From: an uncultured Anaerolineaceae bacterium
GTDB lineage: Bacteria; Chloroflexota; Anaerolineae; Aggregatilineales; Aggregatilineaceae
Assembly (NCBI GenBank): GCA_964427955.1
Contig: CAYRWY010000106.1
Location: 1-14,747 of the forward strand
Length of the DNA: 14,747 nt
Reading direction: 5' to 3'
The translations under genes and the position numbers were made by a program. Within the stretch, counting starts at the first letter, position 1. The number at the start of each line of letters is the position of its first letter. Below, piece after piece: positions 1-7,785 of this stretch. The notes under the pieces are model-generated. The model had not been told where the DNA came from. It did no database searches and was given only the letters and a program-made list of their open reading frames with translations.

Positions 1-1690
1 CCATCGGTCGCCGTGTACGTGAAAGCGTCGCTGCCGCTGAAGCCTGCCGTCGGCGCATAGTCGAAGGAGCCATCCGGGTTGAGGTTGAGCGTGCCGTGCG
101 CCGGACCGCTGTCCAGCGCCGCTGTCAGCGGATCGCCGTCGGGATCGGTGTCGTTCGCCAGCACGCCCGGCGCGGCGATAGTCAGCGGAATGTCCTCCGC
201 CGTGGTATAGCCCTCCGCCACCGCCACCGGCACATCGTTCACGGCATTGACCGTGATCGTCACCGTGACGCCGCTGCTGTTAGCCGCGCCATCCGTGGCG
301 TGATACGTGAAACTGTCGCCGCCGTTGAAGTTGGCCGTCGGCGTATAGTCGAAGGAGCCATTCGGGTTGAAGTTGAGTGTGCCGTGCGCCGGACCGCTGT
401 CCAGCGCCGCCGTCAGCGGATCGCCGTCGAGATCGCTGTCGTTATTCAGCACGCCCGGCGCGGCGATGGTCAGCGGCGTATCCTCCGGCGTGGTATAGCC
501 CTCCGCCACCGCCACCGGCGCATCGTTCACGGCATTCACCGTGATCGTCACCGTGACGACGTTACCGCCGGTCGTGGCGTCGCTCGCGTGATAGGTGAAG
601 CTGTCGCCGCCGTTGAAATTGGCATTCGGCGTATACACGAAGGAGCCATCCGCGTTGAGCGCCAGCGTGCCGTGCACCGGACCGCTGTCCAGCGCCGCCG
701 TCAGCGGATCGCCGTCGAGATCGCTGTCATTGCCCAGCACGCCCGGCGCGGCGATGGTCAGCGGCGTATCCTCCGGCGTGGTATAGCCCTCCGCCACCGC
801 CACCGGCACATCGTTCACGGCATTGACCGTGATCGTCACCGTGACGCCGCTGCTGTTAGCCGCGCCATCCGTGGCGTGATACGTGAAACTGTCGCCGCCG
901 TTGAAGTTGGCCGTCGGCGTATAGTCGAAGGAGCCATTCGGGTTGAAGTTGAGTGTGCCGTGCGCCGGACCGCTGTCCAGCGCCGCCGTCAGCGGAGTGC
1001 CGTCGGGATCGCTGTCGTTACTCAGCACACCCGGTGCGGCGATGGTCAGCGGCGTATCCTCCGCTGTGGTATAGCCCTCGGCTATGGCCACCGGGGCATC
1101 GTTCACCGCCACAACTGTGATCATCACCAGGGCGACGTTACCGCCGGTCGTGCCATCCGTGGCGTGATACGTGAAACTGTCGCCGCCGTTGAAATTGGCA
1201 CTGGGCATATAGCTGAAGGAGCCATTCGGGTTGAGCGTCAGCGGGCCGTGCGTGGGATAGGTGTCCAGCACTGCCGTGATGGGATCGCCATCGGGATCGC
1301 TGTCATTATTCAGCAGGCCCGGCGCGGCGACGTTCAGCGGCGTGTCTTCCTGCACACTGTAACTGTTGGCCACGGCCATCGGCGCGTCGTTCACCGCACT
1401 GATGGTGATCGTCACCGTGGCGACACCGCTGTCAGCCAGGCCATCCGTGACGTGATACGTGAAACTGTCGCTGCCGGAATAATTGTAGCCCGACGTATAG
1501 CTGAAGGAGCCATTCGGGTTGAGCGTCAGTGCGCCGTAGGTGGTTCCGCTGTTCAGCACTGCCGTCATGGGATCGCCATCCGGATCGCTGTCATTGCCCA
1601 ACACACCCGGCGCGGCGATGGTCAGCGGTGTGTCCTCCGGCGTGGTGTAGGAGTTCCCCACGGCTGCCGGTGGACTATCGATGTCCAGGG
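1..1690. repeat. Intragenic tandem DNA repeat, period 288 bp (=96 aa), >=6 copies in the window and continuing past the window start. There is a 576-bp higher-order unit with near-identical non-adjacent copies
   Basis: The motif gagccatYcgggttga recurs at 67, 355, 643, 931, 1219 and 1507, exactly 288 bp apart. Positions 241-300 are identical to 817-876, and about 355-420 to 931-996, which is 576 bp apart. The antisense ORF (96..1961) translation repeats itself with a 192-aa period. Confidence 0.85.
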
Positions 1691-2276
1691 TCAGCGCCCA
1701 ACTATTGAGTGTGCCGGTGTTCATGGAGGAATAATCATACACGTACAGGGTCCATGTTCCGGCCACGGGTTGACCGTCGAAGGTGCTGAGCGGCTGTTGG
1801 GGCGTATAGGATGTCCCGGTGGGCGGATCGGCATCCTCGACGGGGCCGCCCGTCGACTCGTCATCCAGCAGCGTAATAATGTTATCGCTCGAAAAGAGGC
1901 AGCCATAGGGGTTAGGCCCTCCGGGCCGGTCCACGAGCGTGACGCTGATCCCGCCCGGTGAGACTAGCACGACTGCCAGGTCGCTGACCCAGGTATGAGT
2001 GATATTCAGGCTCACATTCACATCCCGGATGGGTCCATTCGTGGGCACGGTGATGGTGCTCACGGCTGGATCGCCGTGCCCGCTGTTGAGGCAGCCTGCT
2101 TCGGGGTCGTCGGCGATGAGCACCGCAGTGGTATTGGAGTACGTTACGACCGTGGAGAGAAGGTCGGCGGGTGGCCGGGAACGCTCATCGGCAGAAACGC
2201 TGTGTACCAGAGGGAGGGAAAAAAGGGCGATAAACACGATCACAAAGATTCTTCGGACGATAGTTAGCCACGACAT
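1..2276 (-). CDS. Secreted surface/adhesin-like protein, 3'-partial (C-terminus lies beyond the window start). Signal peptide + standalone proprotein-convertase-type P-domain + >=6 tandem ~96-aa cadherin-like (VCBS / 'tandem-95'-type) repeats
   Basis: Hand translation of the reverse complement from ATG (complement of cat at 2274-2276) gives MSWLTIVRRIFVIVFIALFSLPLVHSVSA|DE, a classic signal peptide. It is preceded on the minus strand by GGAAG about 8 nt upstream. The next ~190 aa carry P-domain hallmarks (NVSLNITHTWVSDLAVVLVSPGGISVTLVDRPGG ... GTWTLYVYDYSSMNTGTLNSWALTL). They are followed by repeats of the form VNDAPVAVAEGYTTPEDTPLTIAAPGVLxNDSDxDGDPLTAALDSGPAHGTLNxNPNGSFDYTPTANFNGGDSFTYHATDG. 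The frame stays open to position 1. The ORF track does not list it because it lists only ORFs with both a start and a stop inside the window. Confidence 0.8.
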   Translation of the reverse strand, partial: MSWLTIVRRIFVIVFIALFSLPLVHSVSADERSRPPADLLSTVVTYSNTTAVLIADDPEAGCLNSGHGDPAVSTITVPTNGPIRDVNVSLNITHTWVSDLAVVLVSPGGISVTLVDRPGGPNPYGCLFSSDNIITLLDDESTGGPVEDADPPTGTSYTPQQPLSTFDGQPVAGTWTLYVYDYSSMNTGTLNSWALTLDIDSPPAAVGNSYTTPEDTPLTIAAPGVLGNDSDPDGDPMTAVLNSGTTYGALTLNPNGSFSYTSGYNYSGSDSFTYHVTDGLADSGVATVTITISAVNDAPMAVANSYSVQEDTPLNVAAPGLLNNDSDPDGDPITAVLDTYPTHGPLTLNPNGSFSYMPSANFNGGDSFTYHATDGTTGGNVALVMITVVAVNDAPVAIAEGYTTAEDTPLTIAAPGVLSNDSDPDGTPLTAALDSGPAHGTLNFNPNGSFDYTPTANFNGGDSFTYHATDGAANSSGVTVTITVNAVNDVPVAVAEGYTTPEDTPLTIAAPGVLGNDSDLDGDPLTAALDSGPVHGTLALNADGSFVYTPNANFNGGDSFTYHASDATTGGNVVTVTITVNAVNDAPVAVAEGYTTPEDTPLTIAAPGVLNNDSDLDGDPLTAALDSGPAHGTLNFNPNGSFDYTPTANFNGGDSFTYHATDGAANSSGVTVTITVNAVNDVPVAVAEGYTTAEDIPLTIAAPGVLANDTDPDGDPLTAALDSGPAHGTLNLNPDGSFDYAPTAGFSGSDAFTYTATD

Positions 2277-2374
2277 ACGGTAATCTTCCTTGTTGAGAAT
2301 TTGACACGTAAGCGGGCTGGTATGAGCAGGATATGCGGCAACGGCGAGGATTGAAAGTGCCAGACCAGTTGCCC

Positions 2375-2383
2375 ATCAGTATA
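2375..2383 (-). promoter_or_regulatory. Candidate extended -10 (TGaTATACT on the minus strand) for the adhesin-like gene, about 100 nt upstream of its ATG
   Basis: The plus-strand agtatatca, reverse-complemented, reads TGATATACT. No convincing -35 was found. Confidence 0.3.
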
Positions 2384-2429
2384 TCACTAATAACTCCCCG
2401 GTCCAAAGCAAATCAGGGATTTCGAGCGG

Positions 2430-2457
2430 GCCGTCACACGTGCTGCAAATGTGATAC
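2430..2457 (+). promoter_or_regulatory. Candidate sigma70-type promoter for the DinG-like gene: -35-like GTCACA, 16-bp spacer, extended -10 TGaTACAAT
   Basis: tgatacaat at 2449-2457, about 50 nt upstream of ATG 2507. GGAG lies 6 nt before that ATG. Confidence 0.4.
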
Positions 2458-2506
2458 AATAGCGCCTTCCAGCACGGTGCTTGATCGTCTAGAAACGGAG
2501 TCTGTC

Positions 2507-5311
2507 ATGCGCGAGGTGTTCGTCACTCTGGACCTGGAGACCACCGGTCTCAACGCGGAGGAAGATGCCATCATCGAAGTGGGGGCCGCCCGGTTCCAGG
2601 CCGGCAAGGTGCTCGACACCTTCAGCACATTGATCAATCCGGGTCGCAGCGTGCCGGATCGCGTCACCGCCATTACCGGCATTCGCACCGAGGACCTGGT
2701 CGGCAAGCCGTCCATCCGCCAGGTGATCGGCGATCTGCGCGAGTTCGTGGGCAGCCATCCCATCGTCGGACATCGCATCGACTTCGATCTCAGCTTCCTG
2801 AGCAGCTACGGCGTCGGATCGGGCAATCTTGCGATTGACACCTACGACCTGGCCTCGGTCATGCTGCCGACTGCGCCGCGTTATAACTTGAACAGTCTGA
2901 CCAGCCAGGTCGGCCTGGAACTCGAACACGCCCACCGCGCCCTGGACGATGCCACGGCCACCGGGCAGTTGTACTGGGTCCTCTGGGAGCGCATCCTGGC
3001 CCTGCCGCTGGACACGCTGCAAGAGATCGTCGAAGCCTCGCGCGACATCGAATGGAGCGCCGGATCGGTTTTCGTCGCGGCCTTGCAGGAGCGCAGCAAG
3101 ACGGCCCTCACCGGCCAGCCGGCCCGCCGTGCCCCGGTGGAGAACGTCGAAGACCTCTTCAAGCCGGATCGTAAGCCCTGGGCCCCGCTGCGCCCGAATG
3201 CCGATCTCAAGCTGCTGGACGTGGAGCAGTTGGCCGGGCTGATCGAGGAAGATGGCCGGATAGCGCAGGCTTTCCCCGGCTACGAGCACCGCCCGCAGCA
3301 GGTCGAGATGCTGCGCAAAGTGGCCGAAGCCTTTAACGAGGGCGAGCACCTGATGGTCGAAGCGCCGACCGGCGTCGGCAAGAGCATGGCCTACCTGCTG
3401 CCCGCGCTCTATTGGGCCACCCAGAACAACGAGCGGGTGGTGATCAGCACCAACACCATCAATTTGCAGGATCAATTGATCAACAAGGATCTGCCGGGCC
3501 TGTCCGACGCGCTGGGGCTGGCGTTCCGCGCCGCCGTGCTCAAGGGCCGCGGCAATTACCTCTGCCCGCGCCGCCTGCTGACGCTGCGCCGCCGCACGCC
3601 GACTTCGATCTCCGAGCTGCGCGTGCTGGCCAAGATCCTGGTCTGGCTGCTGGAATCGGATACCGGCGACAAGGGCGAACTCACCCTGCGCGGCCTGGAA
3701 GAGAACGCGATCTGGTCCCGGCTGAGCGCGGAGGACGAAGGCTGCACGCTGGAGCGCTGCGGCGACCAGATGCACGGCGCCTGCCCGTTTTACAAGGCCC
3801 GCCGCGCGGCGGAATCCGCGCACGTGATCGTCGTCAACCATGCGCTGCTGCTGGCCGACGTCCAGATCGGCAGCCGCGTCGTGCCCGAATACCAGTACCT
3901 GATCGTGGACGAAGCGCACCACCTGGAAGAAGCGACCACCAACGGGCTGTCCTTCTCGATCAATCAGGCCACCTTGCAGCGCCGCCTGGACGACCTGGGC
4001 GGGATGCGCCGGGGGCTGCTGGGCGACGTGCTGCGCAGCACGCGCGGCAGCGTGCCGGGCAAATACTTCACCCAGATCGAGAGCTACGTCCAGATCGTCA
4101 GCGAGGCGCTGGAGGCGATGGGCCGCCACGCCGAACGCTTCTTCGAGATTCTCTACCGTTTCCTGGAAAGCACCGGGGAATTGAAGCCGGGTGAATATTC
4201 CAGCCAGGTGCGCATTACCGACGCGCTGCGCCACCAGCCGCAGTGGGGGCAGGTGGAAGAAGGCTGGGACCTGCTCAGCCAGTTCACGCAGGCGATTTCG
4301 TCGGCGATGGCCCGCCTGGCGAAAGGGTTGGCCGGGCTGAATGAGTTCGACGTGCCGAACTTCGACGATCTGCTGTCCAGCGTCCAGGCGGCGGCGCGCC
4401 ACCTGGAAGAAGTGCACCGCCAGTTGGGCGCGTTTTCAATCAGCCCCCAGGACAACGTGATCTACTGGGTGCAGGTCGATCAGGACGGCACGCGGCTGTC
4501 GATCCACGCCGCGCCGCTGCACGTCGGCCCGCTGCTGGAACAGCACCTCTGGACGGCCAAGCGGTCGGTGATCCTGACCAGCGCCACGCTGCGCACCGGC
4601 GGCACCTTCGAGTACGTGCGCGACCGGCTGAACGCCTTCGAGGTGGTCGAAGCCGTGGTCGGCTCGCCCTTCGATTATGAAAAGAGCACGCTGGTCTACG
4701 TCCCGACCGACATGCCCGATCCCAGCCGCCGTGACGATTACCAGCGCGCCGTCGAGCGCGGCCTGATCGAGCTGGCAGCGGCCACGCGCGGACGCTTGCT
4801 CGGCCTGTTCACCAGCTACGCCCAGCTCCGCCAGACCGCCCAGAACATCGCGCCCCGGCTGGCGCTGGGCAACATCACCGTCTTCGACCAGAGCGACGGC
4901 ACCAGCCGCCAGGCCTTGTTGGACGGCTTCGTCAAGACCGAGCGATCCGTGCTGTTGGGCACGCGCTCGTTCTGGGAAGGCGTGGACATCCCCGGCCAGG
5001 ACCTTAGCGCCCTGGTGATCGTCCGGCTGCCGTTCGCCGTGCCCAGCGAGCCGGTTTTCGCCGCGCGCTCCGAGCAGTACGACGACAGCTTCATGAACTA
5101 CGCCGTGCCGGATGCCGTGCTGCGCTTCCGCCAGGGCTTCGGGCGGCTGATCCGCACCAAGACGGATCGCGGCGTGGTCGTGTTGTTCGACAGCCGCGTG
5201 ATCACCAAGAAGTACGGGCAGGTCTTTCTCGACAGCCTGCCGGGCTGCACGCTGCGGCGCGGTCCGCTGGCTGAACTGCCGCGCGCGGCGGTGGAATGGA
5301 TTGGGGATTAG
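2507..5311 (+). CDS. dinG: DinG-family protein: N-terminal DnaQ-like DEDDh 3'-5' exonuclease fused to a DinG/Rad3-type Fe-S ATP-dependent DNA helicase (Firmicutes-type DinG architecture)
   Basis: Start taken at MREVFVTLDLETTGL (Exo I motif at the very N-terminus), not the track's 2333 start. Exo II is HRIDFDLSFL and Exo III is HRALDDATATG. Walker A is MVEAPTGVGKSMAYLLPA and the DEAH box is LIVDEAHHLEE. A four-Cys cluster (LCPRR ... CTLERCGDQMHGACPFY) resembles the XPD/DinG Fe-S domain. The C-terminal helicase motifs and the stop at 5309-5311 complete the gene. Confidence 0.9.
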   Translation: MREVFVTLDLETTGLNAEEDAIIEVGAARFQAGKVLDTFSTLINPGRSVPDRVTAITGIRTEDLVGKPSIRQVIGDLREFVGSHPIVGHRIDFDLSFLSSYGVGSGNLAIDTYDLASVMLPTAPRYNLNSLTSQVGLELEHAHRALDDATATGQLYWVLWERILALPLDTLQEIVEASRDIEWSAGSVFVAALQERSKTALTGQPARRAPVENVEDLFKPDRKPWAPLRPNADLKLLDVEQLAGLIEEDGRIAQAFPGYEHRPQQVEMLRKVAEAFNEGEHLMVEAPTGVGKSMAYLLPALYWATQNNERVVISTNTINLQDQLINKDLPGLSDALGLAFRAAVLKGRGNYLCPRRLLTLRRRTPTSISELRVLAKILVWLLESDTGDKGELTLRGLEENAIWSRLSAEDEGCTLERCGDQMHGACPFYKARRAAESAHVIVVNHALLLADVQIGSRVVPEYQYLIVDEAHHLEEATTNGLSFSINQATLQRRLDDLGGMRRGLLGDVLRSTRGSVPGKYFTQIESYVQIVSEALEAMGRHAERFFEILYRFLESTGELKPGEYSSQVRITDALRHQPQWGQVEEGWDLLSQFTQAISSAMARLAKGLAGLNEFDVPNFDDLLSSVQAAARHLEEVHRQLGAFSISPQDNVIYWVQVDQDGTRLSIHAAPLHVGPLLEQHLWTAKRSVILTSATLRTGGTFEYVRDRLNAFEVVEAVVGSPFDYEKSTLVYVPTDMPDPSRRDDYQRAVERGLIELAAATRGRLLGLFTSYAQLRQTAQNIAPRLALGNITVFDQSDGTSRQALLDGFVKTERSVLLGTRSFWEGVDIPGQDLSALVIVRLPFAVPSEPVFAARSEQYDDSFMNYAVPDAVLRFRQGFGRLIRTKTDRGVVVLFDSRVITKKYGQVFLDSLPGCTLRRGPLAELPRAAVEWIGD

Positions 5312-6528
5312 GCGGCGTGCGTAGGCGTCTGAATCCGAACAGTGCGCGAATCCTGGTCTTCCAGTCGCTGTTCAATTTCGGCAACAGCTTCTCGGCACTG
5401 TTCGTCAACATCTACCTGTGGCGGCTGAAGTCCGATCTGCAACCCATCGCGATCTACAACTTCTGCTCGTATGCCGCGATCATGGTCTTTTCGCTGGTGT
5501 GCGGCAAGCTGATCCAGCACCGGGGCGAGGTCTTCTGCCTGCGCACCGGGATCACCCTGTACACGGTGTTCTACATCACCATTCTGTCGCTGGGCACGCA
5601 CGCCGGGAGCTACCTGGTGCCGCTGGGCCTGCTGTCCGGGCTGGCCGCAGCGACGCTGTTCATGGGCTTCAACACGCTCATCCCGCACCTGACGCCCAAC
5701 GATGATCGCGACTTTTTCTTCGGCGTGCTGACGGCTATCTCCGGCCTGGGCGCGATTGTGATCCAGCCGTCGTCCGGCTTCATCATCAATCACTTTTCCG
5801 GCCTCCAGGGCTATTCGATCATCTTCAGCCTGACGCTGGGGCTTTTCCTGACGGCCATCGGCGTCACCTTCTTGCTGAAGCCCAGCCCGGATCGCGAAGT
5901 GTTTCACGTCGTGGAACTGGCGCGGGCCTACCGGGACAGCCGTCCCTGGCGTGGGGTAGGGCTGTCGCTGTTCATTTCGTCGATGCGCGGCGGTATCTAC
6001 AGCTTCTTGATCACGATCCTGGTCTACGTCGCCTTCAAGAACGAATGGGGCGTGGGCAAATACTCGATGGTCATGTCGGCGGTATCGCTGGGCGCAGCCC
6101 TGACGGTGGGGCGGACTCTGACCAGGGAGAAACGCATCCAGTATTACTTCGTGGGTACCCTGGTCTCGTTCCTCGCGGCGCTGATCCTGGTGTCCTGGTC
6201 GCGGCCTGCGGGCTTCATCCTCTACGGGCTGCTGTTCAATGCCTCGACGTCGAGCCGCGACATTCCCAACAACACCATCTCCTATGAAGTGGTCGATGAT
6301 CTCTTCCGGGAGCGCGGCAAGCGGTTTACTTACGTGATCGGGCGCGAGGTGCCCATCGGCCTGGGGCGGCTGACCAGCATTCTGCTCCTGCTGATTCTGT
6401 ACCAGTCGTTGCAGAGCGACACGGCGATCAAGATCATGATCCCCACCGTGGCCGGGATCGAACTCCTCAATGTGTTCGTATTCCGCTGGATCAGGACCGA
6501 ACGTGCGCGAAGGTTAGAGTATAGTTAA
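5296..6528 (+). CDS. Polytopic membrane protein, probably an MFS-type transporter (about 12 predicted TM helices in a 6+6 arrangement with a central loop)
   Basis: Track ORF of 410 aa. I count 12 hydrophobic segments, and there is a cytoplasmic loop around SPDREVFHVVELARAYRDSRPWRG. The start is ambiguous. ATG 5296 overlaps the dinG stop by 16 nt and has a poor RBS. GTG 5317 has GGGGA about 9 nt upstream and would give VRRRLNPNS.... I do not recognise the family beyond MFS-like topology. Confidence 0.7.
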   Translation: MDWGLGGVRRRLNPNSARILVFQSLFNFGNSFSALFVNIYLWRLKSDLQPIAIYNFCSYAAIMVFSLVCGKLIQHRGEVFCLRTGITLYTVFYITILSLGTHAGSYLVPLGLLSGLAAATLFMGFNTLIPHLTPNDDRDFFFGVLTAISGLGAIVIQPSSGFIINHFSGLQGYSIIFSLTLGLFLTAIGVTFLLKPSPDREVFHVVELARAYRDSRPWRGVGLSLFISSMRGGIYSFLITILVYVAFKNEWGVGKYSMVMSAVSLGAALTVGRTLTREKRIQYYFVGTLVSFLAALILVSWSRPAGFILYGLLFNASTSSRDIPNNTISYEVVDDLFRERGKRFTYVIGREVPIGLGRLTSILLLLILYQSLQSDTAIKIMIPTVAGIELLNVFVFRWIRTERARRLEYS

Positions 6529-6543
6529 TAGTCGTTAAAAGAT

Positions 6544-6572
6544 CGACATAATTCCTGATTTGAGAGTATAAT
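6544..6572 (+). promoter_or_regulatory. Sigma70-like promoter for sensor kinase 1: -35 TCGACA (6544-6549), 17-bp spacer, -10 TATAAT (6567-6572)
   Basis: The hexamers are read directly from the sequence. The ATG at 6608 has GGGGA 5 nt upstream. Confidence 0.5.
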
Positions 6573-6607
6573 TCAAATGCTCGTTAGAGAATCTGACCTG
6601 GGGAACT

Positions 6608-7699
6608 ATGTCTCATACAACGCTGCCTGCCTCCAAGCTCTCCCTGCCTTTTGATCTGGTGGCCGGGGTTCTGGATGTGCTTCCCAATATTTTCCTGGTG
6701 CTCGACGGCCAGCGCCGCGTGGTACTCGCGAACCGTGCGCTGCTCGACCTGCTCGGCCTGGCAGACGATCACGCGATCCTGGGTCGCCGGACCGGCGATC
6801 TGCTGAACTGCGTCCACGCGGACGAAACGTCCGACGGCTGCGGTTCGACCGAAGCGTGTCGGGTCTGTGGCGCGCTGACGGCCATCCTGGCCAGTCTCCG
6901 CGGCAGCAGCAGCGTCTCCGAATGCCGCATCCGGCAGAAGGGGGGCGGCGCGCTCGATCTGCGCGTGACCTCTTCGCCGCTGTTGGTCGCCGGGGAACGT
7001 TACTCTCTGGTAGTTTTCGAGGACATCGGCGACGAAAAGCGCCGCGCCGTGCTGGAACAGGTCTTCTTTCACGACATTCTCAACCTGGCCGGTGTCATGA
7101 CCGGCTACGCCTCTCTGCTGCGCGATCTGAGCGACGGCACCCCGCAGTCTAACAGCTTCAAGGAAAAGCTCTATCAGGCGTCCATCCGCCTGGTGGACGA
7201 GATCCAGATGCAGCGCGATCTCGCCGCCGCCGAACATGGCGAGCTGACCCTGAATCCGGCCTCGATCCGGTCGCGTGCGTTTCTGGCGAACGTCCAGGAC
7301 TGCTACCAGGTGCACGAAGCTGCCCGCGAGCGCCGCATCCTGCTCGATCCCGACTCCCAGGACGTGGAATTTGACAGCGATCCGGTCCTGCTCGAACGGG
7401 TCCTGGGCAACCTGGTCAAAAACGCGCTGGAAGCCATCCCCCCCGGCCAGGCCGTCACGCTGCGCTGCTGGACCGATGAGGAACGGGTGGTCTTCGAGGT
7501 CCACAACCCCAGTACCATGCCGCGCGACGTGCAGCTTCAGATCTTTCAGCGGTCGTTTTCCACCAAGGGCAAGGGGCGCGGGCTGGGGACGTACAGCGTC
7601 AAGCTGCTCTCCGAACGCTACCTGGGCGGCGCGGTGACGTTCACCACCTCGCCCGACCGGGGCACCACCTTCCAGGCCGCCTATCCCCTGGCGCGCTAG
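6608..7699 (+). CDS. Cytoplasmic sensor histidine kinase: N-terminal PAS-like domain with a Cys4 motif, then DHp (phosphoacceptor His in FFHDILNLAG), then HATPase_c
   Basis: No TM segments. The PAS-like stretch (NIFLVLDGQRRVVLANRALLDLLGL ... DLRVTSSPLLVAGERYSLVVFEDIGDEKR) contains NCVHADETSDGCGSTEACRVCGA. The N box is LERVLGNLVKNALEA. The G boxes are FQRSFSTKGKGRGLGTYSVKL. There is no receiver domain. Confidence 0.9.
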   Translation: MSHTTLPASKLSLPFDLVAGVLDVLPNIFLVLDGQRRVVLANRALLDLLGLADDHAILGRRTGDLLNCVHADETSDGCGSTEACRVCGALTAILASLRGSSSVSECRIRQKGGGALDLRVTSSPLLVAGERYSLVVFEDIGDEKRRAVLEQVFFHDILNLAGVMTGYASLLRDLSDGTPQSNSFKEKLYQASIRLVDEIQMQRDLAAAEHGELTLNPASIRSRAFLANVQDCYQVHEAARERRILLDPDSQDVEFDSDPVLLERVLGNLVKNALEAIPPGQAVTLRCWTDEERVVFEVHNPSTMPRDVQLQIFQRSFSTKGKGRGLGTYSVKLLSERYLGGAVTFTTSPDRGTTFQAAYPLAR

Positions 7700-7740
7700 C
7701 CCTGTTCATGAGAGTATCGTGAGAACGTCGTGCTCCGAGG

Positions 7741-7746
7741 TATAAT
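7741..7746 (+). promoter_or_regulatory. Candidate -10 TATAAT for sensor kinase 2, about 40 nt upstream of ATG 7786; the -35 is weak
   Basis: ggtataataaa read directly from the sequence. AGGA lies about 9 nt before ATG 7786. Confidence 0.35.
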
Positions 7747-7785
7747 AAATCCGTGCCGCATAGCTTAGCTGCCAGGAATGTTGGG

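Noticed and set aside
96-1961. 621-aa plus-strand ORF rich in Arg/His/Gly with an internally repeated sequence
   Set aside because: It is the antisense strand of the cadherin-like repeat gene. Its composition is low-complexity, and the minus strand gives a protein with a signal peptide, a P-domain and canonical repeats. It is kept only as evidence of repeat periodicity.
2333-2506. N-terminal 58-aa extension of the DinG ORF (track start 2333)
   Set aside because: There is no RBS. The extension is not conserved-looking (MRQRRGLKVPDQLPISISLITPRSK...). The exonuclease Exo I motif must sit at the N-terminus. The region also contains promoter-like elements for the ATG at 2507.
2489-4417. Long antisense ORFs (2489..4417 -, 642 aa; 11377..13287 -, 636 aa; 10098..11174 -, 358 aa; 8359..9312 -, 317 aa; 6584..7504 -, 306 aa) and the many 60-130-aa ORFs nested in real genes
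   Set aside because: They are typical stop-codon-poor antisense frames of high-GC coding sequence. Their translations are Arg/Ala/Gly/Pro-rich with no motifs. Each fully overlaps a sense-strand gene that has clear family-level motifs (DinG, flotillin, kinases, EF-P).
5296-5317. Alternative GTG 5317 start for the MFS-like gene
   Set aside because: I kept the track's ATG 5296 as the feature start. GTG 5317 has the better SD (GGGGA at -9) and avoids a 16-nt overlap with dinG. The choice cannot be resolved from the sequence alone.
7753-7785. GTG 7753 as the kinase-2 start (track coordinate)
   Set aside because: It is not excluded. ATG 7786 has an AGGA RBS about 9 nt upstream and a TATAAT at -40. 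A 7753 start would place that TATAAT only about 7 nt from the start codon, which would mean a leaderless mRNA. I prefer 7786; the difference is 11 aa.
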